Of a stretch of DNA of 64,000 bases, positions 29,001-39,675 are shown piece after piece. The notes under the pieces are model-generated. The model was not told the DNA's origin, did not search any database, and saw nothing but the letters and a program-made list of their open reading frames with translations. The position numbers were made by a program, and so were the translations under genes. The DNA comes from Candidatus Altarchaeum sp. GTDB taxonomy: Archaea; Altiarchaeota; Altiarchaeia; Altiarchaeales; Altiarchaeaceae. The DNA is taken from NCBI GenBank assembly GCA_018260615.1, contig JAGWDQ010000053.1:1286-65285 (forward strand). The letters run 5' to 3'. Within the stretch, counting starts at the first letter, position 1. The number at the start of each line of letters is the position of its first letter.

Positions 29001-30131
29001 ATGTACGCATTTATCGGTATCGGACAGGGCGGCTGCGGATTACTTGATTCCGCATTTTATGACAAGGACTTATTCAAGGTAGTAAAACCAATAGCAATAA
29101 ATTCCACTGCCAAGGATTTGAAAAATTTAAAGAATATAAAACCACAATACTGGCTTGGAATGAGTAAGGATAAGGGATTTATTGACGGAACGACAAAAAA
29201 TTTAGAAAGTTATTTAGTTGGCGGATACGGACAGGACAGAACAAAATCAAAAGACGACGCCGAAAGACAATATTCCGATTTACAGGAAAAAATAAGATAC
29301 TATCTTGAAACACGAACGGCAAAGGGAAAAGAAATGGCAGTCCAGTTTGCATTTTTGATGACATCCCTTGGCGGAGGAACCGGAAGCGGATTAAGTCCGG
29401 CAATTGCAAAAATTTTAAAGGATTTGGGAATATGTGTAATTGCCGTTCTGATTACTCCTGCAAAAAGCGAGGGCTCACTGACTGCAAAAAATGCCGTTGA
29501 GGCATTGAATGAAATTTATAATTATGCTGACTCAATAATCCTCGCAAGTAATGAAAAAATTTCCTATGCCCAGAATATAGAAGCACTATTTTCCCACTAT
29601 AATGATTACATAGCAAGAAGTTTGGTTGATATTTGTGAAGGAATGACACTTGAACAGATTGACCCGGCAAAATTTGAAGGAAACCCGCCTGTAATAGATA
29701 TGAAGGACTTCATTACCGCAACTTCATTTCTTGATACCCATAAGCCCGGATTTTCAGTTATAGGAAGGGCAAGCGACAATGTCAGGGATATGCTGCATTA
29801 TATTTTTCCGGTCGGGGGCTATAAAGAGATTGATGCCATTGGTTTGATTCAGCAGGCGATGCTTAAATTATCTGCCGACATTGATGATAATGCCAGGAAA
29901 AATTTATGCTTACTCCGCCTTCCGCACAGGTATTTAACATCCGAAAGCAGAATGATAAATACAGAGGTTGTGAGAAATTTCCTGCTTGAGAAAACAGAGT
30001 TGAACGAAACACATTTTGGAATATCCTTAACAAAAAGAAATTTAGCAACTGCAACATTGATTTCATGCCATTCCAAAAAGCCAAGGGATTTTGAAATGCT
30101 TGAAGAATCAGCGGAGAAATATAAGGGATAA
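29001..30131 (+). CDS. divergent FtsZ/tubulin/CetZ-superfamily GTPase
   Basis: T1-like GIGQGGCG, tubulin signature SLGGGTGSG, SNE in the DNE position, T7-like VIDMKDFITA; 376 aa. Confidence 0.7.
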   Translation: MYAFIGIGQGGCGLLDSAFYDKDLFKVVKPIAINSTAKDLKNLKNIKPQYWLGMSKDKGFIDGTTKNLESYLVGGYGQDRTKSKDDAERQYSDLQEKIRYYLETRTAKGKEMAVQFAFLMTSLGGGTGSGLSPAIAKILKDLGICVIAVLITPAKSEGSLTAKNAVEALNEIYNYADSIILASNEKISYAQNIEALFSHYNDYIARSLVDICEGMTLEQIDPAKFEGNPPVIDMKDFITATSFLDTHKPGFSVIGRASDNVRDMLHYIFPVGGYKEIDAIGLIQQAMLKLSADIDDNARKNLCLLRLPHRYLTSESRMINTEVVRNFLLEKTELNETHFGISLTKRNLATATLISCHSKKPRDFEMLEESAEKYKG

Positions 30132-30171
30132 ATAAAGTTGTAGTACTGGAAAGTTTGTTTTATTTTATGAG

Positions 30172-30229
30172 CCTCACACGGAGACACGGAGACACAAAGG
30201 GGAAATACACTCTGTGACTTTGTGTGAGC
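30172..30229. repeat. cacaaag-type hairpin repeat
   Basis: ctcacacggagacacggagacacaaag...ctgtgactttgtgtgag; same family and same orientation as 22999..23063. Confidence 0.8.
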
Positions 30230-30235
30230 ATTCTT

Positions 30236-32191
30236 TTATTTTTTAACCGCACCTGCCCAAATCCGTATAAGTCCCTTTGCCTGATTTCTCACATCGCTCT
30301 TTGTCATTCCTGTCTTCAATGCATTAAACGCGAGAATTCCGTAATTTTCTGACTTGTAATCATTGCACGCTTCGTCTATCTTTTCAGCAAGGGAAATTTT
30401 ATCCGGCATGACTTCTCCGTTTTGCGACGGGAAATTTTCATATTCAACCATATACCCGTTTCCTTCAACAACATTGCCATTTTCATCCCTTTTTGCCGGA
30501 TTTAGACGCTCCGGAATTACACCGTCAGCCGTTGCTATTGTAGGTGCTCCGTTTTGCTGTGCTTTTGCATAGCCCGTAGGTCCGGCTTCTTTTCCTTTCC
30601 ATGATAACATTCCGCTAAAATCAGTTCCCTGATTAAGTATGCTGGAATTAAATATATCGTAATTTTTAATAAATACAATGTGTTCTTTCATTCCGGAATC
30701 CCTGCTTATAATTTCTTTAACCCTCTCTTCCTGTCTATTTCCATAATCGTCAAATTTTCTCCCGCCGATAAATATTACAGCATTGTTTTTAATTATTTTC
30801 TCGTTAAATTTTGCATCGCTAATAACATCTAAAACTATATCTACACATTTATAACTAACCAATCTTCTGACAAATGTGAAAAATGGCATACCTAAAAGGT
30901 CAATATTGTTAGTCCTTAATTCATCGCCGGTAAAATTTATTTTTCCGTAAGTTCCTTTGAGCAGTTCGGCAATAAAATTTTCCTTTTGTTGTCTTTTTGC
31001 ATTCATCAGTTCGGCAATAAAATTTTTTTTAAATGAAGGATTATCCTCTAAACTGTTAAATAGCGATTCGTAATTTTTTGAGTCCGTTTTATTCATATAA
31101 CTTTCAATAAGCCCTTTAATTTCTTCTCCCTGCCATCTGTCAATATACGCACCTTCGCTGTTTCCAAATATGTCATCGTAAGCAACCTTTTCTTTAAATT
31201 TTTTAAATATATCATCTTTGAGAACATTTGTATGCATGACGGAACATCCGGTAATCACATCGCTAACCCTTCCGGTAATTTCTGTCAAATCCACAATTTT
31301 GTCATGGACAGTATCACTAAACTCTTCGGATATATTCAATCCGGAAAACATATTAGCATGATAATGAGGAATTCCGGCAGGAACTATTGTGTGGTTGTAG
31401 TGATGAACAATTATATTTTTGAATACCGGATCAGATTTGTATTCATCCTCAACAACAGACGGAATTGCCAGTGTTGTATTTACCTCGCTTGTAGAAAACA
31501 GCAAAACATTATTGTTCGCGTTTTTGTTGTCATCTGATCTTTTTATATGTCCCTCTTTTATTTGTTCTTCAATAAACCTTAAAATAACCTTTCTGTAAAG
31601 CAAACTTTGAACCGCCCTGAAATCATCATCCGAAGTTCCGCAGTATGCCTCGTGAAAAATTTCCGGACAGTAAAGCCAGTACTCTTTTAATTCCGAAAAC
31701 GGATTCATATAAATTTCTACATTTACTTTTTTAATTCCTTTTAAATTTATTTCTACATCTTTATAGACCTTTACTTTATCAAGGGATTCCTTTACTATCT
31801 CAACAATGTCTTTTTTAATTCCTTTTGAAACGATATTACCTTCGCCTTTTATGTATTTTGCATAAAGCACACCGAATACATGCAAATGTCTTCTGGCTTC
31901 AATACTTCCCCAGTATGTGCTCATCACATCATACCAACCTCTGACCAGATCCGGCTTAAAACTACCCAAACCCCCTGCCATAAGAAGTTTTGAAAATTCC
32001 CCGGTGTTGTATCTCGCATCCTCATCGGAACATGTCTTAAATTTAATAAGTTTGTTGTAAAGTTCATTTAAAAATTTCATTGAAAGTTCATATTCCATTT
32101 GAAGTACAAATATGTTTATAGCTCTTATTTTTTCCAGGGCATCAGTTAATGATTTTTCTTTTTCCGCACTGCATGCATCAGCATCATACAT
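30236..32191 (-). CDS. divergent alpha-glucan phosphorylase-like protein (GT35-like)
   Basis: AGGLGS, HHYNHTIVPAG, ITGCSVMH, GKEAGPTGYAKAQQNGAPTIATADG resemble the GGLG, HT.v.AG, NGVS..H and EASGT..MK..NG...DG blocks of GT35. Confidence 0.55.
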   Translation of the reverse strand: MYDADACSAEKEKSLTDALEKIRAINIFVLQMEYELSMKFLNELYNKLIKFKTCSDEDARYNTGEFSKLLMAGGLGSFKPDLVRGWYDVMSTYWGSIEARRHLHVFGVLYAKYIKGEGNIVSKGIKKDIVEIVKESLDKVKVYKDVEINLKGIKKVNVEIYMNPFSELKEYWLYCPEIFHEAYCGTSDDDFRAVQSLLYRKVILRFIEEQIKEGHIKRSDDNKNANNNVLLFSTSEVNTTLAIPSVVEDEYKSDPVFKNIIVHHYNHTIVPAGIPHYHANMFSGLNISEEFSDTVHDKIVDLTEITGRVSDVITGCSVMHTNVLKDDIFKKFKEKVAYDDIFGNSEGAYIDRWQGEEIKGLIESYMNKTDSKNYESLFNSLEDNPSFKKNFIAELMNAKRQQKENFIAELLKGTYGKINFTGDELRTNNIDLLGMPFFTFVRRLVSYKCVDIVLDVISDAKFNEKIIKNNAVIFIGGRKFDDYGNRQEERVKEIISRDSGMKEHIVFIKNYDIFNSSILNQGTDFSGMLSWKGKEAGPTGYAKAQQNGAPTIATADGVIPERLNPAKRDENGNVVEGNGYMVEYENFPSQNGEVMPDKISLAEKIDEACNDYKSENYGILAFNALKTGMTKSDVRNQAKGLIRIWAGAVKK

Positions 32192-32289
32192 TTTGTTAAA
32201 TTTCGGCTTTATTTTTTTGTTAAATTTTGCTTAATGAATTAAAATTTCATGGTTTATTTTGGATATTATTCCTGAATCTGTAACTACAG

Positions 32290-32650
32290 CAAGATTTTGA
32301 AATTTTTGAAATATCCGAACGATTTTAAAATCCTCAAAGGATTTTTAAATACACGATTTTCAAAACTGCGGTTTTCAAATCGCATTTTCAAAACGCAGAG
32401 TTTTGAAAATCTCCGAGCAAGAGCGAGGTGAGAGTTTTGAAAATCTCCGAACGATTTTCAAAATCGCAGAGTTTTGAAAATACACGAACGAAGTGAGCGT
32501 AAGTGAGGTGAAGTTTTGAAAAGACACGAACAAAGTGAGCGGAACGAAGTGAGCGTAAGTGAGGTTATTTTTAAAATTGCAGAAATTTTAAAAATGCACG
32601 ATTTACAAACGAAGTGAGTGGAATGGCAGTGAGCGTAAGTGAAGTGACAT
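32290..32650. repeat. mosaic hairpin repeat cluster abutting the IS left end
   Basis: ttttgaaaatctccgagcaagagcgaggtga; repeated cgaacgaagtgagcgtaagtgaggtga units; ttttcaaaacgcagagttttgaaaat hairpins. Confidence 0.85.
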
Positions 32651-32652
32651 TA

Positions 32653-34857
32653 AACATGGATTTATACTTTCTTAAATAACATAACAAAAAATACATTGTA
32701 ATGTAATAATTATAGCTTCTGATTAGATTTTTAATTTTGTTCAAATAAAGTGTGTATAAGTTATTTCTTTTATAAAATATTATATTTGGTAGAATATCCT
32801 CCTCAATAATTAGTTATTCATCAAAGAATGTATTATTTGAATTCTATAAATTTTATTATTAATAGTTGATTCCTTTTTTCTTGAAAATAGTATTTAATTA
32901 CATCTTTTTTTTAGAAATTACAAAAAATCTATAAAACTTTTTATTTTTAAGTATGTAAATGTAATATAATAATACAAAAATAAATTCTTAAATAAATAAC
33001 AAAAATAAAATGAATTCCGAAACGAAAAAATAGATAAAGAATTGTTAAATGCTGTGGACTTGAATGAGATTGCCGAAGGGAATGAGGAGCACACAACCTT
33101 ATTAGATATAGCAATGAGAAGAATATCCCTCAAAGAAGGGGCAAAACAATTAAATATTAGATATGGTGCTATCAGAGGAAGGATTTACAGAATTAAACAT
33201 CGTAGCGACAAATCAAAACCTTACAGTAAAAAACCAGGACCAAAATCAAGATATAAGATATCAGAACACAAAGATCTGATAAGAGAATATAGGAAAAAAG
33301 GCTTAACTTCAGAAGAGATAAGTAATGTGTTGAGGGAAACTATCAATGTAGATATATCTTCAATCACTATCGGCAGATTTTTAAGTGAAGAAGGATTCCT
33401 TAGACAGTACAATAGAACCTCACGACAAAAAGAAGATACACTAATGGACATTAAAGATATCATCATAAGTTACAAAACAAAATATCATCATAAGTTACAA
33501 AACAAAAAATAGAAAAGACATTAATCAACTGATTAGGGACAAATTCGAGTCATTGTATGCAGGACTCGGTATATTCATGGCATTAATTGAAGAGTTGAAT
33601 ATCTTAAAAATAATAAGAGATTCATACTTATCTAATGCAAGACTGATAGAAAGTTATGTTCTAACCATTCTCGGTTTAAAGCTTATCCAGAAGAAAAGAC
33701 GTTCAGATATAGAATACTTAAGTGAGGAAGAAATGATTGCTTTATTCAGTGGCAGAGATAAAGTTTTGAGTTGCACGGCTTTGCACAGATTCGATTATGA
33801 TATGAGAAAAGACATGATGGAGAAAATGAAAATAATCTACATTCAAGTGTTAAGGAAATACCTAGATATGAGTGTGCTTAACATAGATTTCCATATAATC
33901 CCACATTTTGGAGAATCTGATGTGCTTGAAATTAATCACGTCTCTTCCAGAGGAAAGAATATGAAAGGGGCATTGGTTTTTCTTGTGCAAGATAGGGAAA
34001 GTAAAATATTCTCATACAGTCATGCAAATATAAAAAGAAGCGAAGCAAGTGATGAAACCATAAAGTTTTTAGAAAAAATTGAAAAGATAAAAATAAAACC
34101 AGAATGGCTGGTTATCGATTCAAAAGTGACCAAATACAAAAATATAGCAAAGATAAAGGCACGGGGAGTTGATGTAGTCACTATACGGCGTAGGGGTGAG
34201 AAGATGATCGAAGAGGTCGAGAATGCAAAAAAGGATCCAAACGTCTGGACAACAGTAAGAATTAAACGCACAAAAGGAGGATGGGAAAAAATAAAGGTTT
34301 GGACAAAAACGATAACTGTTGGTTATCGCGACGATGACAAAAAGTGAAAAAAAATAAAAATGCGGCAATTAGCAGTTATCAATAGTCACGAAAAGCCGAT
34401 GTTCATAATAACCACGGATTTCAAACATTCTATAAAAGATATTGTTGAAATGTATCCTCCTCGCTGGTTAATAGAACTTGGAATAAAAACACAGACAAAA
34501 TTTTTTGATCTTAATCAATTAGCATCCGACCTTGATGTAAAAATGGATTTCGATACTTTTTTAACACAAATCGCACATATGCTTTATCAGATACTGGCAA
34601 AAAATTTATATTGTCATGAAAATTCGGAGCCTGAAAAAATATATCAAAAATTTATTGAAGGCGCTGGAAAAATAAATGTATATGATGATAAAGTGGTTGT
34701 ACGGTTAAAGAAGAAAAGATCAACGGGTTATTTGATTAATGCACCTATTTTAGAGGGGTGGGTTGATGGAGGAAAAAATATCTCGTGGTTAGGAAAGAAA
34801 CTAGAGATTATCTGGGAATAAAATGTTATGGAAATTATGAAAGTATAAATCCATGTT
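32653..34857 (+). mobile_element. IS element (~2.2 kb) with 19-bp perfect terminal inverted repeats and a decayed DDE transposase
   Basis: aacatggatttatactttc (32653-32671) and its exact reverse complement gaaagtataaatccatgtt (34839-34857); three consecutive transposase ORF fragments inside. Confidence 0.8.
33042..34821 (+). pseudogene. DDE transposase (IS4/IS1634-like) broken into three ORFs
   Basis: 25-bp tandem duplication (33467-33491 / 33492-33516) shifts the frame between ORF 33042..33512 and 33553..34347; in-frame TGA at 34345-34347 separates 33553..34347 from 34360..34821; C-terminal YPPRWLIELGIK resembles the Y..RW.IE motif. Confidence 0.7.
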
Positions 34858-35369
34858 CAATATATGATGATGTTTTGTTTAGTGTGAATGAGAAAGGAAT
34901 TTCTGTAAATGTGGTATTTTGAGCTCCTGAAAAATGTTATTTTTAAGATTTTGTGAAAAATCTTGTGAAGAAAAATGGCTGATCATAAATTTTTGAGATT
35001 TTTTATCAAATATTTCTAAACGTAAAACAAATAATTAACCATATTTTTGCGAAATGGGAAACTTTTGTAAAAAGTTAATTTATAAAGCACTAATTATTAA
35101 AGTTATTGTAATTAAATTTAATATAATTAATTACTCGAAAAAACCATTTAGTTTTGAGTATATAAATATTAGAATTGCTATAGTAACATTTATAGAGTGA
35201 TGAAAATGTCCCAAATTAAGCAAATTTCAAATTTTTGTGTCGCCCGATTATATTGATTTTGAAAATGCGATTTTCCAAAAAAAAAATAGGGTTTTTCAAC
35301 ACTCTTAACAAATCAGAAAATTAAATGATTTTTTAAAATAATTAGTTTTGTATAGTGAAAAATATCAAA

Positions 35370-35990
35370 ATGAAACCGTACATAATATTAAATACCGCAA
35401 TGAGTTTGGATGGAAGAATTGCGAGGAAAGGGGAAAGAGTTGTGTTTTCCAATGAGTTGGATAAAGCGAGAAGAGATGAAATAAGGAAGAGTGTTGACGG
35501 AATAATGGTGGGAATAAATACGGTCTTAATAGACAATCCCAAATTAACCGTTAGCGAAAAAAGAGAAGAAAATCCGGCGAGAATAATAATAGATAGTCAT
35601 GGAAAAGTTCCGGACGATGCTAATGTCCTGAATGACAAAGCAAAAAACATAGTAGTTGTATCAATGGATGCGGAGCCATACAGAATAGAAGAATTAGCAG
35701 GAAAGGCGTCTGTAATTGTATGCGGAGATGACGAGGTTGATGTTGTCAAACTGATGGATGAACTTTATAAAAGAGGAATAAAAAGAATTTTGTTAGAAGG
35801 AGGGGGACATCTGAATAAAAGTATGCTGGAAGCAAATTTAATTGATGAAATTTATGTTTCGGTTGCTCCGGTTGTTATCGGTGACGGAGTAAATTTAGTT
35901 GAAGGAGTAATGGACGAAAGAAAATTAACCCTTGCAGGCATAAGACAGATTGGAGATATGGTTGTATTGAAGTATTTTCCAAAAAAGTAG
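35370..35990 (+). CDS. RibD C-terminal-domain reductase (riboflavin pathway pyrimidine reductase)
   Basis: MKPYIILNTAMSLDGRIA N-terminus and LLEGGGHLN motif; ATG at 35370 preferred over GTG at 35355. Confidence 0.8.
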   Translation: MKPYIILNTAMSLDGRIARKGERVVFSNELDKARRDEIRKSVDGIMVGINTVLIDNPKLTVSEKREENPARIIIDSHGKVPDDANVLNDKAKNIVVVSMDAEPYRIEELAGKASVIVCGDDEVDVVKLMDELYKRGIKRILLEGGGHLNKSMLEANLIDEIYVSVAPVVIGDGVNLVEGVMDERKLTLAGIRQIGDMVVLKYFPKK

Positions 35991-36042
35991 GCAAACATAA
36001 CTTTTGTTGTTAAATTTACAAATTTTGCATTTCATTAAATTT

Positions 36043-37050
36043 TTATTCGCCTTTATTTTTTAAATTTTTTATTGCCTCTGCCGCTTCATTCCTGACAATT
36101 TGTACCTGATCATTTAAGGCATCATTAACTGCATGCAATGCACTTTTATCACCTATTTGTCCAAGAGATCTTATTGCCCTCCATCTGACTTGCACATCTT
36201 CGTCTTTTAGTGTTTTAATTATATGAGGTACGGCATCGGGGTTTTGCATATCTCCGAGAATTTCACACGCTCTCCATCTTATTGTACTATCTTCATCCGA
36301 AAGTAATTTTATTAATCTGCTCATACATTTCTCCGCTCCTGTTCTTATTAATGCATCGGCAGCACCTCTCCACACATACCAATTCGTATCTTTTAGCATA
36401 TCAATCAGGGGTTTTATGGCTCTATCATCTCCTATTTTTCCCAATGCCAATGCCGCTTCTCTTATAACATATTCTTTACCATCATGTAATGTTCTAATGA
36501 GCGGCTCAACTGCTTTTACACATCCGATATTTCCCAATGCCAGTGCCGCTTCTCTTCTAACATACCACTCGGAATTTTTTAATTCGGCGATAAGAGCATC
36601 AACTGACTTTTCGTCCTGAATTTTTCCAAGTGCTTCTATTATGTCCCTTTTAAGATACACATCTCTTTCTTCTTTTAATAATTTTACAAGTGCTTCCGTT
36701 GCCTTTTTGCTACCTATCTTTCCTAATACATGGATTGCCTCTTTTTTTACACACCAATCACTATCACATAGTTTTTCAATTAATGACTTTATAGATATTA
36801 TCTCACTTGTTCCATCTTTTATTTTTCCAATTGCAATTACCGCATCTTTCCTTACACTCCATTCGTGGTCATTTAGTGCTTCTATTAAATATTTCAGATA
36901 TTTGACCTGCATTCTTTCTCCGATAGAAGATATAGCTGCGCGTCTTATATCACAATCCCTGTGCTTAAGAATAGTAATTGTCTTTTGTTCGTCTTCCATT
37001 ATTCCGTCTATTGCCAAATTATTTAAATTTTCCTTTGGTAAATTTCCCAT
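36043..37050 (-). CDS. HEAT-repeat (PBS-lyase type) protein
   Basis: about 10 tandem ~31-aa units of the form W.VR..AA.ALG.IGD..A...LI..L.D. Confidence 0.8.
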   Translation of the reverse strand: MGNLPKENLNNLAIDGIMEDEQKTITILKHRDCDIRRAAISSIGERMQVKYLKYLIEALNDHEWSVRKDAVIAIGKIKDGTSEIISIKSLIEKLCDSDWCVKKEAIHVLGKIGSKKATEALVKLLKEERDVYLKRDIIEALGKIQDEKSVDALIAELKNSEWYVRREAALALGNIGCVKAVEPLIRTLHDGKEYVIREAALALGKIGDDRAIKPLIDMLKDTNWYVWRGAADALIRTGAEKCMSRLIKLLSDEDSTIRWRACEILGDMQNPDAVPHIIKTLKDEDVQVRWRAIRSLGQIGDKSALHAVNDALNDQVQIVRNEAAEAIKNLKNKGE

Positions 37051-37405
37051 TTGTTAATTAATAATAAAATATATATATATATATTTCAACCAGATATATT
37101 ATAACAACTTGATGTAAATAATTACATTTCAAAAATATATTTAAATTGATACTAAAAAATACATTGTGAAATATTACGGATGATTACTACAATTAAATAA
37201 ATAGTAATGAACAGCATATATTTTACACATTGAACTCGTGTTCAAAATTTTCAGGTTCATACATAATCCACCTGTGAACTCAACAGGTTGTAAGAAAAAA
37301 TATAAATTTTAAAATTTAAGGTAACTCTTTAGTCGCCCTGAAAAAAATACACAAACGACATTGCGTTAGCGAGGTTAAATTTTCTATCCTCCAAATGGTT
37401 ACAAT

Positions 37406-38797
37406 TTAATTGCTTCCTATCATTACATTTCTTATCCTCACAGGCGGATTTATCCCGTCAACAGGAACATCCTGCCCTCCTTTTCCACACATACCCGGCG
37501 ATAAAGCAGCATACTTTTTCTTCCCGACTGCTTCTATATTCTTCAGGACATCAAATATATTTCCCATGAGCGAGACGCCTTTCAGGATTTCGCCAACCTC
37601 TCCGTTCTTAATTTTATAGCACTCCTTTGCATAGAACTGAAATGTTCCTTTTGTTATATCTACCTCGCCACCCCGGCTTCCTTTTAAGTAAAATCCGTCT
37701 TTAATTTCTGAAATCATATCATCTAACTCATAATCCTGTGGCTCAATAAAGGTATTTGACATCCTGACCAATGGCATTGAATTTCCCTGAGCCCGTGCAT
37801 TTCCGGGTTTGGATTCACTCTTATTTCCAAGTGTTGCCGATGTTTCCCGCGAATGTAAAAAATTTTCCAAAATGCCGTTTTTTATTATGTACTTCTTTTT
37901 TGCTTTTATTCCTTCATCATCGTAAAAGAAACTTCCGAACAGCCCTTCAATTGTAGGGTCATCAACAACATTTATTGATGTGGAAATTTTCTTTTTAATT
38001 AAATTTTCCAGACAGGACTCTCCATGAATTATAGCATCTCCTTCTGCCGCATGCCCGAGTGCTTCGTGAATTATTACGCCTGTCAGGTCTCCGTCAGCAA
38101 CAACAGGAAAATTTCCGCCATGAACATTTTTTCCGGTAAGCATTTTAATAACATCATGTGCGGCTTTATCAACCTCTTCTTCAAAATGAGCGGTTGTTTC
38201 AAATCCGGCTGTTTTTGCATATTTTGAAAAATTTGTTTCTCTTCTGTTGTTTTCTTCCGCCATCATTTCCGTGCCGACAATAACTTTGACCTCTTTCTGT
38301 TCTATTTCACTTCCTTCGGAGTTCATAAATTTCTTTTCCGCTTCAACATCGGAATATGAAAAAAATTTGCTCTTTATTCTTCTGTCATCTATCTTTTTAT
38401 CATAATCAAAAAGTAAATTTATTTTTTGCTCAAGCGGAATATCGGATGGCAAAATTTTGACATTTGTTTGCACGGAGTCCTTTACTGCCCTTCCCGTCCA
38501 AATTTTAATATCTCTTTTTGAAAACAGATGCGAAATTTTTGCATTTTTTAAAGCCGTCTTTGCTGTGTTCTCAATATTCTCAATTGTCTTGCCGGCAGGT
38601 TGTAAGGAACTGCTTGCGAATCCCCATCCGTTTTTATACAACACTCTTATTGAAAACGAAGATGTTGCCGAATTGGCAATTTTGTGAATTTTTCCGTTCC
38701 ACACCGAAATACCGTTTGTTTCTCCGCTTATCGTTTTAAATTCCCAATATCTTACATTATGATTTAAAATTTTTTCAATCACATTTATTGTTTCCAT
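37406..38797 (-). CDS. tldD: TldD/PmbA-family metalloprotease
   Basis: HEALGH motif and C-terminal GMCGKGGQ..PV pattern; 463 aa; no partner PmbA gene adjacent. Confidence 0.85.
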   Translation of the reverse strand: METINVIEKILNHNVRYWEFKTISGETNGISVWNGKIHKIANSATSSFSIRVLYKNGWGFASSSLQPAGKTIENIENTAKTALKNAKISHLFSKRDIKIWTGRAVKDSVQTNVKILPSDIPLEQKINLLFDYDKKIDDRRIKSKFFSYSDVEAEKKFMNSEGSEIEQKEVKVIVGTEMMAEENNRRETNFSKYAKTAGFETTAHFEEEVDKAAHDVIKMLTGKNVHGGNFPVVADGDLTGVIIHEALGHAAEGDAIIHGESCLENLIKKKISTSINVVDDPTIEGLFGSFFYDDEGIKAKKKYIIKNGILENFLHSRETSATLGNKSESKPGNARAQGNSMPLVRMSNTFIEPQDYELDDMISEIKDGFYLKGSRGGEVDITKGTFQFYAKECYKIKNGEVGEILKGVSLMGNIFDVLKNIEAVGKKKYAALSPGMCGKGGQDVPVDGINPPVRIRNVMIGSN

Positions 38798-38834
38798 AAT
38801 TATAAATTAAAATTTCATTTGAAATATTAGGAAA

Positions 38835-39428
38835 GTGTTAAATCCGACAATTTTTGCGGTAATGCCAATGGGAAAAAGTAAAAGAATAGAAAATAAGCCG
38901 TTTGTTAAATTTAACAGCAAATTTCTTTTTATGCACGGCTATGAAATTTTGAGCAAAATTTTTCCGACATTCCTCGTTTGCCACCCTGATGTTGAAGGAA
39001 AAGTAAAGGAAATTTTGAAGGATAGAAATATTATAAGTGATACTCTAAACATCGGACCTCTCGGAGCATTATATCTTGCGGCAAAAGGCATGACCTGCGA
39101 TTATATATTTTTTGTCGGATGCGATATGCCTTTTCTGAATAGAGAAGTTATTAAATTTATGTGCGGACAGATTGATAACAATATTGGCGGTGTCGTTTTA
39201 AAAAGAGAAAAATTTGAGCCGCTGCACGCGATATACGGAAGAAAATTTGTTCTTGAGACAGCCGGGAAAATGATTAAAAACAATGAAAGAAAAATTTCAG
39301 GCATGATAGAAAAAAACACAGACAGATTTAACATTATTGACATTGATAATTCCGAACTGAAAAAATTTGACCCGGAAATTAAATTTTTAAATGATATAGA
39401 TACTGCCGATGACCTGAAAAAATTTTAA
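38835..39428 (+). CDS. MobA-like nucleotidyltransferase domain protein (divergent)
   Basis: overall MobA-like pattern (FVGCDMPFL, EPLHAIY), but the N-terminal LAGG.S.RMG loop is degenerate (VMPMGKSKRIE); GTG start. Confidence 0.5.
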   Translation: MLNPTIFAVMPMGKSKRIENKPFVKFNSKFLFMHGYEILSKIFPTFLVCHPDVEGKVKEILKDRNIISDTLNIGPLGALYLAAKGMTCDYIFFVGCDMPFLNREVIKFMCGQIDNNIGGVVLKREKFEPLHAIYGRKFVLETAGKMIKNNERKISGMIEKNTDRFNIIDIDNSELKKFDPEIKFLNDIDTADDLKKF

Positions 39429-39448
39429 TTTTTTACTATTCTATAATG

Positions 39449-39675
39449 TCTGTGTTTTTCATTGGTCACTCACACGAGACACAGTCACCTCACTTACACT
39501 CATTTTTCAAACGATTTCGTTTGAAAAATCCACGAACAAAAGTGAGCGGACTTCGTTCATGTATTTTAAATTTTCTACAAATTTAAAATCGTTCGGAGAT
39601 TTTCAAAATACTCTGTGGCTTTGTGTGATTTCAAAATCTTGCAGATTTTGAAATCTCCGAACGAAGTGAGGTGAA
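39449..39675. repeat. mosaic hairpin repeat cluster
   Basis: tcactcacacgagacacagtcacctcac, ttttcaaacgatttcgtttgaaaaa hairpin, gttcggagattttcaaaa, ctctgtggctttgtgtga, ttttgaaatctccgaacgaagtgaggtga. Confidence 0.85.

Noticed and set aside
32688-32701. 14-nt match (aaaaaatacattgt) between the IS interior and 37160, as a possible solo IS remnant
   Set aside because: A match this short is expected by chance in an AT-rich 64-kb window, and no flanking similarity to the IS terminus is present.
34345-34347. In-frame TGA in the transposase as recoding or read-through
   Set aside because: TGA is used as an ordinary stop elsewhere in the window, for example at hicB (481-483) and the helicase fusion (27894-27896). 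With the 25-bp duplication also present, decay is the simpler explanation.
34862-34915. C/D-box-like sequence just outside the IS right end (ATGATGA ... aatgag ... ctgt)
   Set aside because: The D' and D boxes are not CTGA, and the C' box is degenerate. Only the C box is canonical.
35205-35260. gtgatga motif in the long spacer upstream of the RibD-like gene, as a possible C/D sRNA
   Set aside because: No CTGA lies at guide distance, and there are no C'/D boxes or terminal stem.
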